Positions 56,661 to 64,000 of a stretch of DNA of 64,000 nt are shown here, piece after piece; position 1 is the first letter of the stretch; each line of letters begins with the position of its first letter. This DNA comes from an uncultured Bacteriovoracaceae bacterium (GTDB taxonomy: Bacteria > Bdellovibrionota > Bacteriovoracia > Bacteriovoracales > Bacteriovoracaceae). The position numbers were made by a program, and so were the translations under genes. Under the pieces are notes generated by a model that made no database searches, was not told the DNA's origin, and worked only from the letters and a program-made list of their open reading frames with translations. The DNA lies in the NCBI GenBank assembly GCA_964400895.1, contig CAYNWL010000002.1, positions 398,084-462,083 on the forward strand. Direction: 5' to 3'.

Positions 56661-58486
56661 TAAGAGTTTAACTGTTTTCATTTTTAAATAAATTTTTTAG
56701 TTTTTCTTTACTTCTAAGGTCGAGACTGAGTATTGATTCTGACATAGCTTTAATTGTTTTAGATTTTGAAATGAGTTCATCCTTATTTTTAAAGGTTGAA
56801 TGATTAGAATCTGCCATCTGATTAATTATAATAGGCATTACAAAATCAAAAAGTTTCCTGCAGGAGTCCTCTAAGAGGTTTTTATCATTTAAAATATCTG
56901 AATTAAAAGAAAGCTTTCTTTGAGAGAATCCGGACAAAAGGGAACCAATTATTCCTATGGTGTAAAGTACCATATACTTAAAGGTTCCATAATTAAATAA
57001 TTTACTAATTTCACTGAAATTCTCAGAATTCCTTTGATCTAAGGACGCCCTATAGGAATTTAATCTCTTATGTAGAAAATAAAAGGTGAGGTAGTTTTCA
57101 ATAGAGAAATCATCATCCCCGAAAACATTAATGTATTTTGATTCGTTTTCAAAAATTTCGGAATGATTCTTTCCAGCAGTTACTGGATCTCCATAAGCTC
57201 CACAAAGTACTTTTCCCAAAATTTCAAAATCCACGGTCTCTTGAGTTTTTGGTCTGGACCCACCTCTTTGGGTAATATATAAAATTCCTTTTTCTTCCAA
57301 CTTTTCTTTTATTCTCTTTTGAATTCTATCTATTGATCTCAATTCCCACGGTTTAACTGGGTTTTGTGTATTATTATTTTTAATGATTTTTTCAATAATC
57401 TCAGAAGAAGTGGCCTCAATAACCCTTGCAGGTAGGATAATTTTTCCTAATTTTTCTTCTTCCACTTTTGAAAGACATCCACAAGTTTGAGCACCATTAA
57501 TTAAGGTCACTCCCTCAATGGTGACTGAATTTTTGGTGATTTCGGATATTTTAGAGGTTAGTAAAGTTATTCCATTATGAAAGGGCAAAAAATTTTCTGG
57601 TTCATTATTGGCTGTCTGGATAATTGAATTGTTGATATTTTTGCTTGTTTTTCGGGATCCAATAAAATCTCTGATATTCCCACTTGTGAAATCTTCACCG
57701 TATTTATTACTTAATTGGACGAGTTCTTTAGCTTCCATTGTAAAAATACAAGTTTTCCAACGGTCATTTTTAATCAGAATAGTAGGGTAATTTGTAGAAA
57801 TTTTGATTTGGTCAGTGATTTTTATGTTTTCCTGCAATTCCTTTTTAAGGTTAAATAAATGAGTAATTCCAATTTCTTGGCATCTAGCCTCAATATCCTT
57901 GCCTTCCAATTTTGATTCTAGGTTAGCCTTTAGGGTATCCAATTCTTTTTGCACATTTTTGGAATTGGGGAGATTGTGAACATAATAGCAATTAATAGAA
58001 TTAATTTTTTCCTTCTCGATTAATTCTCTTAACTGAATTGCTTTATACTTAATTGTATCACTAGAAATTGACTCTAAATCTGCATCAATCAACCAACTGA
58101 GGGTTCCATTAAGATCCGTGGCTTTTTTAGAGGGAGCTGAGTCCCTTGTCCAATTTTGGGCCAAATAAGATTGTCCCAAATGGACGGCTTCGGTTCGGCT
58201 GTCGTATATAAAAAAATCAAGACCCTTATCATCCACTTTGGTATCATTGTGATCAATAATGTAAGAAGAAAATATCTCTTCGTAATCATTTGTTTTTAAT
58301 AAAACCCCAAGGAAAAATACTAATAAGGAGTTGTTGTTAAATTTTTTTAAATGATCTTTTTCAATCTCACTTTGTACATATTTTACAAAGGCATCTTGGT
58401 CTTTAAACATTTTTTACCTCAAAGGAAAAATTTGAACAATGACCTCTTTTATAAATGTGGGTAGGAAAAATGTCTATATTGGGAGA
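56661..58486. mobile_element. degenerate islet I between rnpB-fragment repeats (cargo: AIPR gene; no integrase)
   Basis: Bounded by rnpB 3'-end copies A and B in the same orientation. Visibly more AT-rich than its flanks. A single gene fills it. Confidence 0.5.
56668..58410 (-). CDS. AIPR-family abortive-infection (phage resistance) protein
   Basis: 580 aa. The N-terminal DDKGLDFFIYDSRTEAVHLGQSYL block and the central GNIRDFIGSRKTSKNINNSIIQTANNEPENFLPFHNGITLL ... LINGAQT block match my recollection of the AIPR (PF10592) signature. Confidence 0.6.
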   Translation of the reverse strand: MFKDQDAFVKYVQSEIEKDHLKKFNNNSLLVFFLGVLLKTNDYEEIFSSYIIDHNDTKVDDKGLDFFIYDSRTEAVHLGQSYLAQNWTRDSAPSKKATDLNGTLSWLIDADLESISSDTIKYKAIQLRELIEKEKINSINCYYVHNLPNSKNVQKELDTLKANLESKLEGKDIEARCQEIGITHLFNLKKELQENIKITDQIKISTNYPTILIKNDRWKTCIFTMEAKELVQLSNKYGEDFTSGNIRDFIGSRKTSKNINNSIIQTANNEPENFLPFHNGITLLTSKISEITKNSVTIEGVTLINGAQTCGCLSKVEEEKLGKIILPARVIEATSSEIIEKIIKNNNTQNPVKPWELRSIDRIQKRIKEKLEEKGILYITQRGGSRPKTQETVDFEILGKVLCGAYGDPVTAGKNHSEIFENESKYINVFGDDDFSIENYLTFYFLHKRLNSYRASLDQRNSENFSEISKLFNYGTFKYMVLYTIGIIGSLLSGFSQRKLSFNSDILNDKNLLEDSCRKLFDFVMPIIINQMADSNHSTFKNKDELISKSKTIKAMSESILSLDLRSKEKLKNLFKNENS

Positions 58487-58610
58487 TAAAAATCCCTGAA
58501 GAGGAATAAGGATTTTGTTTTCGACCACACCTCCTCTAGGACCTCATGCGCCCTACCCACCTGCCAAGTTCTAGCCTGTCATTAATAGCAAATCTATTTG
58601 GGCTTGTCCG
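58487..58610 (-). repeat. decayed copy B of the rnpB 3' end (att-like direct repeat)
   Basis: aaaaatccctgaagaggaataaggattttgttttcgaccacacctcctctagg-acctcatgcgccctacccacctgcca...tagca.atctatttgg.cttg aligns with 59849 to about 59990. Small deletions remove ga, gcc and the 17-nt hairpin atcccaagttacccggg. Confidence 0.7.
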
Positions 58611-58618
58611 AGTCAAGA

Positions 58619-58688
58619 TTGACCCATATTTAGAATAAAAATTAAATATTTTTAAAATTTTATGGTTAATAAATAATGCATGGGTCAA
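58619..58688. promoter_or_regulatory. 9-bp perfect inverted repeat upstream of the orphan gene
   Basis: TTGACCCAT (58619-58627) and ATGGGTCAA (58680-58688), about 100 bp upstream of the 58784 ORF. Could be an operator or a long hairpin. Confidence 0.2.
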
Positions 58689-58783
58689 ATTTTAATATTT
58701 TTTTTAAAGGAGTGGAAAAGAATATTTCCTGTGGTAAAAGTCATTTCTTACTATTTGGATAAATTAAAGGAAATAGAACTAAT

Positions 58784-59788
58784 TTGAGAATGCCTATGAA
58801 TGAGAAAATTGATAAGAAACTAAATAAGTTTGTTACAAAAGCCATTAATTTTGTAAAAAGTTTTTGGCCTACTATTTGTGTAGCATTTTTACTTTTTTGG
58901 GGATTGTGGAAACTTTATCATTTTGGGTCTTTTTTTGAAGAGTCAAATTTAAGAGAAACGATAAGTCTTGGTTCTTTATTTGCGGCGATTGCAATACCAA
59001 TTGTTGTATTTAATTTAAAAAACTTTCAAAAAATCTCTAGGGTAAAAATTCAAGAGGGAAATGCGTATCATGCCTTGGATAAAATAATTTTGGAATTAAT
59101 AAACCTTTATACAAGTCTACCCATATTTTTTGGCAAGGTATTAGATAAAAAAATTATCCAAGAATCTTCTCAAAAATTGCCTTTTCCAGAACTTTGTATT
59201 GATGGAATTTTTCAAATTGTAAAAAGTCAGCACTTACTTAATACAGAAAAGGAACATTTTCGAGATTCTTTAATAAGCCTTACTCCTCAGATTCAAAAAT
59301 TAGAGCAGAATTATAAGGAAACTAAAGATATCCATAATGAATTAGCTTCAATACTAATAAAACCATTATCAGAAATAATTGAAAATGAAGTAAATAAGGA
59401 AGGTTTATTTAAAAAAGGTATACTTGAACCTCAACCTTTTGAATTTTTAAAAATTCACGAATTTCAAACCCAAGTAAGAGAACTTCGAAGAAATATTTCT
59501 GAGACCTTACTGTTATTAATAGAATCAATTGTTATGACCGATTTTATTATTGAAAATAGTAACACCAAAATTGTTAAACAATATTTGGAAAGAATAAATT
59601 TAATAGATTGTGAGGACGTAATTAGAGCTAAATTTCTAAATTTTGTTATTGATGTAAACTATTTTATAGAGGAAAAAAGAATTGCGAAATATATGAAAAT
59701 TTCGGAAAAAAGTTCATTTCCTAAAAATAATATTCCTAAATCAAACAACAAGGATAGGGGAACCGACCTCACCCCTAGCTTAAATTAG
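58784..59788 (+). CDS. orphan membrane-anchored (2-TM) alpha-helical protein, no recognisable family
   Basis: 334-aa ORF (TTG; alternative ATGs at 58790 and 58796). Two N-terminal TM helices (FWPTICVAFLLFWGLWKLYHF, LGSLFAAIAIPIVVFNL). The rest looks helical and charged. It is the only gene in islet II. Confidence 0.5.
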   Translation: MRMPMNEKIDKKLNKFVTKAINFVKSFWPTICVAFLLFWGLWKLYHFGSFFEESNLRETISLGSLFAAIAIPIVVFNLKNFQKISRVKIQEGNAYHALDKIILELINLYTSLPIFFGKVLDKKIIQESSQKLPFPELCIDGIFQIVKSQHLLNTEKEHFRDSLISLTPQIQKLEQNYKETKDIHNELASILIKPLSEIIENEVNKEGLFKKGILEPQPFEFLKIHEFQTQVRELRRNISETLLLLIESIVMTDFIIENSNTKIVKQYLERINLIDCEDVIRAKFLNFVIDVNYFIEEKRIAKYMKISEKSSFPKNNIPKSNNKDRGTDLTPSLN

Positions 59789-59854
59789 AAAAAAATCCTT
59801 TATTTCAATTAAACTGAATTATTTAATCTAAGTTTAAAGCGGTTATGAAAAAAT

Positions 59855-60155
59855 CCCCGAGAAGAGGAATAAGCCGGATTTTGTTTTCGACCACCATTCC
59901 TCTAGGATCCCAAGTTACCCGGGACCTCATGCGTCCTACCCGCCTGCCACGATCTGGCCAATCTTAAATAGCAGGCCTATTTGGACTTGCACCACGTAGA
60001 GTTTACCTGATTTCACTACAGCATGACCTGTACATTCTTTCTGTTGCACTAGTCCTCATCTTGCGATGGACGGGCGTTACCCGCTACGTTGCCATGTGGT
60101 GTCCGGACTTTCCTCCCGTACCCGAAAGTACCAGCGGTAGTCCCCTCTTCTCGAG
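59855..60155 (-). ncRNA. rnpB: RNase P RNA, bacterial type A, compact (~300 nt; ends approximate)
   Basis: The reverse complement has P1 CGAGAAGAGG...CCUCUUCUCG and GGGAGGAAAGUCCGGAC (P4 5' strand). It also has GGGUAACGCCC, AGUGCAACAGAAAG, GGUAAACUCUACGUGGUGCAAGUCCAAAUAGG, and ACAAAAUCCGGCUUAU (P4 3' strand) followed by a U-run. The patch is GC-rich in an AT-rich genome. Confidence 0.9.
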
Positions 60156-60241
60156 AATTATTCATTCAATATTTCAACTTGGCCTATTCGTCAAATTTGG
60201 GTGAAAATACTACAAGTTGGCAATATTATTATGGATTTAAG

Positions 60242-61678
60242 GTGAGAAAATCAAGGTGGATTATTTTCATTTTTCTAATTATTCCCTCAATGGGAAGATC
60301 CGAATTGGTTTCCATGGTAAGGGAACTACTGGCCAATAATTCAGATATTAATACTTCAAAATCCAAAGTTGCCATTTCTGTTAATGAAATTGAAGCCTAT
60401 TATGCAAAGATGCCCTGGTCGTTTATTTATACCGGATCCTACACCCAGGATAAGAGAGATTATCTAATTAAGTTTGTAAATTACAATGCTGAATATTGGA
60501 ATAACGAAATTGGAATTGAAAAGGATTTTATATTCGGCGGGAAATTCAAATATAAAATTTTTAGCAGTAATCAATATCGATATGAGGATAATGCCGCAGT
60601 TTTAGCGGGAGAGCCTCCAAGGGTATTTGAACTCCTCCAAAACATCAATTTTACAGAAGATATTGGGCAGAATTTTTTTGGCCGTGAACAATACAAGGAA
60701 GTTGAGATCAGAGAAAAAAATAAGGGAAATTCCGAATCAGAATATGATCTTGAAATCGAAAACAAGGTATTAGATTTTTTTAGGGCCTATATAAATGTCC
60801 GCCTTTTAAGGACAATTGTTCGAATAGAAGAAAATGCCCTCGAAAGGTCAAAAGAACGGGTTAAAGCCATTTCTCAAATGGTGAAAAATGGCTTAAGACA
60901 AAAAGTTGATATTTTAGAGGCCCAATATCAGGAAATCGAATATGAACAAAGCAAAAGAAGGGCCCTTATTAGTTTAGGTAGTGCACTGGAAGAAATTTCC
61001 AATTTATTACATAGGGAGGTAAAAGTAGAAGAGTTAGAATATCTTATTCCCTTCCAAAAAATTTTTCCCCTCACGCTAAATTCAAAGGGGGAAATCCTTT
61101 CCAATAAAAATATCTTATCATTGGAAACCCAGGCAGAAGTTATAAAGGCCAATCTGGAAAAAATAAATTATGGATTTTTTCCGGAACTAAATTTAGAGGC
61201 CAATTATTTAAGCAATGCAATCGAGCCAACCAGAAAAGAAGCTAATCAATTGGCCTTTTTTGGCCCAGGTTATGAATTTAAAGGTTTGATTAATCTTAAA
61301 TGGCCCTTAGGCTATCCAGAAAAAGAGACTGACAGAACCAGAAATAGGATCGATTTTAATAATCTGCAAGTTAAAAGAAATGCAACCCTAAACAACTTAA
61401 AAAACTCTGAAAAATATATTTTTTTTCGTTTAAAAAATCTGGAAGAAAACTTGGAAATGGGTAAAAAAAGGTGGGAACTTTCAAAAGATATAGTTAAAAA
61501 TTATAACCATCTTTATGGAATTGGGAGAACTCAAATTTTAGAAACAATAACCGCGGAGCAAAATAGGATAGAAACCGAAAGAGGTTATATGTTAAATTTG
61601 GCGGAAAGGGAAAAGCTTTACGCTTCACTGGCCTACTTGTGGGGTAGGCTTAAAGATACGGTTCTCACAATTAAGTAA
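60242..61678 (+). CDS. TolC-like outer-membrane efflux protein
   Basis: The GTG at 60242 gives signal peptide (M)RKSRWIIFIFLIIPSMG and avoids rnpB. OEP-like N-terminus (LVSMVRELLANNSDINTSKSKV) and two helical-repeat halves. The first 51 codons of the ORF-track start at 60089 are antisense to rnpB. Confidence 0.5.
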   Translation: MRKSRWIIFIFLIIPSMGRSELVSMVRELLANNSDINTSKSKVAISVNEIEAYYAKMPWSFIYTGSYTQDKRDYLIKFVNYNAEYWNNEIGIEKDFIFGGKFKYKIFSSNQYRYEDNAAVLAGEPPRVFELLQNINFTEDIGQNFFGREQYKEVEIREKNKGNSESEYDLEIENKVLDFFRAYINVRLLRTIVRIEENALERSKERVKAISQMVKNGLRQKVDILEAQYQEIEYEQSKRRALISLGSALEEISNLLHREVKVEELEYLIPFQKIFPLTLNSKGEILSNKNILSLETQAEVIKANLEKINYGFFPELNLEANYLSNAIEPTRKEANQLAFFGPGYEFKGLINLKWPLGYPEKETDRTRNRIDFNNLQVKRNATLNNLKNSEKYIFFRLKNLEENLEMGKKRWELSKDIVKNYNHLYGIGRTQILETITAEQNRIETERGYMLNLAEREKLYASLAYLWGRLKDTVLTIK

Positions 61679-62384
61679 TACTACTGGGAAGAAGAATCCT
61701 TCCACAGCTTGGACAAGTTTCTACCGTTGTTAAATGTTCCACCTCCTGGCAAACCATAGATGGAATCGACATTTTGCAAACGCCACATTTACCGTGTTCT
61801 ATAAATGCCAAGGAATTTGTTTTAAATTTTTTGTTGATGGCCAAAAAGATAGCACCAATTTCCTTTGGTAAAATGGAAATAAGATTTTTTTCTCTTTCTT
61901 TTAGGTTTTTAATTTCTTTTAATTCAATATTGTTTTTTTCTTCAACTTCTTTTTTGATATCTAAAATAGTTTTTTGAATTCCTTCCTGGAAGGATTCAAA
62001 ATCCTTTAGTGAGGTTTGAAGGGTTTCTTGTTCTTCCAATAGACTAAAAATCTTATCTTCCAGGGCCAATTTATTCTTTTGTAATGAAGATATTTCCTCC
62101 GATATGGCATTGGCCTCTTTTTCAGATACAACTTTTTTTTGGTTTACCAGGGCATCGGTTAGTTTTTTATCTGTTTTAAAAAGTGACCCCTCATTTTCTT
62201 TTAAATCTAAATTTATTTTGGACAGATCGGCCTTTTCCCTCAAATATGTCTCATTCCGCCATTTTATTTGGGCCCCAATATCTTTAATGCGTTTTAGTTC
62301 CCCTTCCATTTTTTGATTTAAAGTCTCAATTTTCTTTTGTAGGGATTGGATTTGAATTAGGTCTAAAAAGCTATCTTTTAACAT
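61671..62384 (-). CDS. coiled-coil protein with C-terminal C4 zinc ribbon (COG1579-like)
   Basis: About 190 aa of heptad-rich coiled coil, followed by CGVC...(x23)...CPSCGRIL. Confidence 0.6.
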   Translation of the reverse strand: MLKDSFLDLIQIQSLQKKIETLNQKMEGELKRIKDIGAQIKWRNETYLREKADLSKINLDLKENEGSLFKTDKKLTDALVNQKKVVSEKEANAISEEISSLQKNKLALEDKIFSLLEEQETLQTSLKDFESFQEGIQKTILDIKKEVEEKNNIELKEIKNLKEREKNLISILPKEIGAIFLAINKKFKTNSLAFIEHGKCGVCKMSIPSMVCQEVEHLTTVETCPSCGRILLPSSIT

Positions 62385-62486
62385 TAATAGAACCTAAGGC
62401 CGCAGAAGTTTTAAGTAAAAATAAATTTTACTTTGGATAAAAATAACGCTAATAGTAAATTAGAATATTTTATTATGTAGTGCGTT

Positions 62487-63494
62487 ATGAGTGGTAATAC
62501 TTTTGGAAAAATTTTCTCCTTCACTACCTTCGGGGAATCTCACGGCCCCTCTCTTGGCGTTGTTGTAGATGGCGTACCCCCAGGACTTAATTTTTCCCTT
62601 CAAGACCTCCAAAATGAGTTAAATAAAAGAGCTCCAGGTAAAATAGCAGGAACCACCTCAAGGCAAGAACCGGATAGAGCAGAAGTTCTTTCAGGTATTT
62701 TTAATGAAAAAACATTAGGCACTCCCATTGCAGTTGTAGTTCGAAATGTTAATCAAAAAAGTGAAGATTATGATTCCCTTAAAGAAGAGTTTAGGCCCGG
62801 CCATGCTGATAAAACCACGCTTTTAAAGTATGGGATAAGAGATCATCGGGGCGGAGGCCGTTCAAGTGGCAGAGAAACCTTGTCTAGAGTTATCGCTGGT
62901 TACTTTGCTGGACTAATTGTGCCAGAGATTAGAGTTTTCGCTTTTATCAATCAATTAGGTCCCTATAAAGTAAAAGATAAAAACCCTAAAGAGTTTTCTC
63001 TTAATCAGGATCCATTCTCTTTTCCCTTTGGAGATAGAAGAGAGGAGATAATTCAATTTCTTCTAGATTTAAAAAAAACCGGCCAATCCGTTGGTGGAAA
63101 AATTTCGGTAATTATCGATAACTGCCCAGCAGGGCTAGGTGAACCGGTTTTCGATAAGCTAAAGGCCGATTTTGCTAAGGCCTTTCTATCGATAGGTTCC
63201 TGTGTTTCCTTTAGTTATGGACTAGGTGAGGAAATGGCCGAAAAAATGGGTACAGATATATCCATAGATTCCTCCAATTTTGGTGGCATGGAAGGAGGCA
63301 TTTCTTCAGGTGAGAGAATTTTTATGGAGTGCGCGTTTAAACCTCCTTCCACAGTAGGGGAAAAGGCAAAACTTGGAAGACATGATCCTTGTATATTACC
63401 AAGAGTGATTCCTGTGGTGGAATCAATGGCCAAAGTGGTATTGGCAGACCATTACTTGAGACAAAAAGCCTATGCAGACAAATATTCAATTTAA
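62487..63494 (+). CDS. aroC: chorismate synthase
   Basis: N-terminal GNTFGKIFSFTTFGESHG, then RPGHAD and GGGRSSGRET blocks. Confidence 0.9.
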   Translation: MSGNTFGKIFSFTTFGESHGPSLGVVVDGVPPGLNFSLQDLQNELNKRAPGKIAGTTSRQEPDRAEVLSGIFNEKTLGTPIAVVVRNVNQKSEDYDSLKEEFRPGHADKTTLLKYGIRDHRGGGRSSGRETLSRVIAGYFAGLIVPEIRVFAFINQLGPYKVKDKNPKEFSLNQDPFSFPFGDRREEIIQFLLDLKKTGQSVGGKISVIIDNCPAGLGEPVFDKLKADFAKAFLSIGSCVSFSYGLGEEMAEKMGTDISIDSSNFGGMEGGISSGERIFMECAFKPPSTVGEKAKLGRHDPCILPRVIPVVESMAKVVLADHYLRQKAYADKYSI

Positions 63495-64000
63495 AAAATT
63501 AAAAGATATATTTATTGCCTTAAAGGAACTTCCTAATGAAACACTCCTCTTAGTGATCGATAAGAAGTTTTATAGTTTGTATGGAAAATTGCTTAAGCCG
63601 TTAATTGGGAATTTAAAAAATAAAAAGAAGGTTTTAGTTTATCATTCTTCCTATGGTGAAAAAGGAAAGAGTTTTAAAGATGTGGAAAACCTTTGTGAAT
63701 ATTTTCTTGAAGAAGGAATCACTAGGGATTCACATCTAATTGCCATTGGCGGTGGTGCCACTGGTGATTTGGCAGGATTTTGTGCCTCCATCTTATTACG
63801 AGGAATTTCGTGGAGTATTATTCCCACAACATTGCTTTCTATGATTGATTCAAGTGTGGGAGGTAAAACCGGGATAAATTCAAAATTTGGAAAAAATTTA
63901 ATAGGTTCATTTCATTTACCGGAAAATATCTGGATTGATACAACCCTCATAAACACCCTTCCTAATAAACAAATAGAAAGTGGGAAGGGTGAGATAATTA
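63472..64000 (+). CDS. aroB: 3-dehydroquinate synthase, N-terminal part (runs off the window)
   Basis: Not in the ORF track because no stop is reached. The ATG at 63472 opens a frame with IAIGGGATGDLAGFCAS, IPTTLLSMIDSSVGGKTGIN and GKNLIGSFHLP. It overlaps the end of aroC by 23 bp. Confidence 0.85.
   Translation, partial: MQTNIQFKKLKDIFIALKELPNETLLLVIDKKFYSLYGKLLKPLIGNLKNKKKVLVYHSSYGEKGKSFKDVENLCEYFLEEGITRDSHLIAIGGGATGDLAGFCASILLRGISWSIIPTTLLSMIDSSVGGKTGINSKFGKNLIGSFHLPENIWIDTTLINTLPNKQIESGKGEII

Larger units (their letters stand above)
58611..59854. mobile_element. degenerate islet II between rnpB copy B and the intact rnpB 3' end (cargo: orphan 2-TM protein; no integrase)
   Basis: Bounded by repeat B and the intact gene end. 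AT-rich. A single ORF fills it. Confidence 0.45.

Noticed and set aside
56661-59854. Search for an integrase/recombinase or transposase gene, or fragments of one, inside or beside the two rnpB islets
   Set aside because: No ORF or frame shows tyrosine- or serine-recombinase motifs, and the non-coding parts are too short (about 75-175 bp). The islets are therefore described as degenerate, not as active mobile elements.
60089-60241. N-terminal 51 codons of the ORF-track protein 60089..61678 (MPCGVRTFLPYPKVPAVV...)
   Set aside because: This stretch is antisense to the RNase P RNA gene, is GC-rich unlike local coding DNA, and lacks a signal peptide. An in-frame GTG at 60242 gives a proper signal peptide for the TolC-like protein.
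1-64000. CRISPR arrays, rRNA genes, tmRNA, IS elements, prophage structural genes
   Set aside because: I found no regularly spaced short repeats, no rRNA-like GC-rich blocks and no transposase-like ORFs on either strand. The only GC-rich structured patches are tRNA-Pro, rnpB and its two fragments.

Overview
AT-rich, gene-dense bacterial chromosomal segment with about 60 CDS and short or overlapping intergenic gaps. The organism is a diderm: LolA-like, TolC-like and outer-membrane beta-barrel genes are present. Most of the window is housekeeping: rph-rdgB, tRNA-Pro(UGG), ppa, smc, rimO, epmA, ftsY, zapA/5-formyl-THF cyclo-ligase/rny, Leu-type dehydrogenase, kbl-tdh, a fused BCKDH-type E1, nadC-nadB, mutY and aroC-aroB. 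Interspersed are many signal-peptide or lipoprotein genes of unknown function. These include a 1498-aa Cys-rich lipoprotein, a secreted Hanks-type kinase-like protein, a ceramidase-like membrane protein and a secreted EEP hydrolase. RNase Y in a diderm, a REC-plus-acidic-tail regulator, amino-acid catabolism and many secreted proteins fit a Bdellovibrionota/Myxococcota-like lineage. That placement is inference only. The most unusual locus is 56.5-60.2 kb. A compact RNase P RNA gene (rnpB, minus strand) is followed by two further decayed direct copies of its own 3' end. These copies delimit two AT-rich, integrase-less islets, one carrying an AIPR-type abortive-infection gene and one carrying an orphan 2-TM protein (candidate new defence gene). 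A second rearrangement lies at 1.2-2.2 kb. There a ~200-bp junction (PP2C 3' end, spacer, response-regulator 5' end) is duplicated with mostly synonymous divergence around a ~0.6-kb insert encoding a small secreted protein. I saw no rRNA, CRISPR array, transposase or integrase. All family assignments come from motif recognition by eye; no searches were run.
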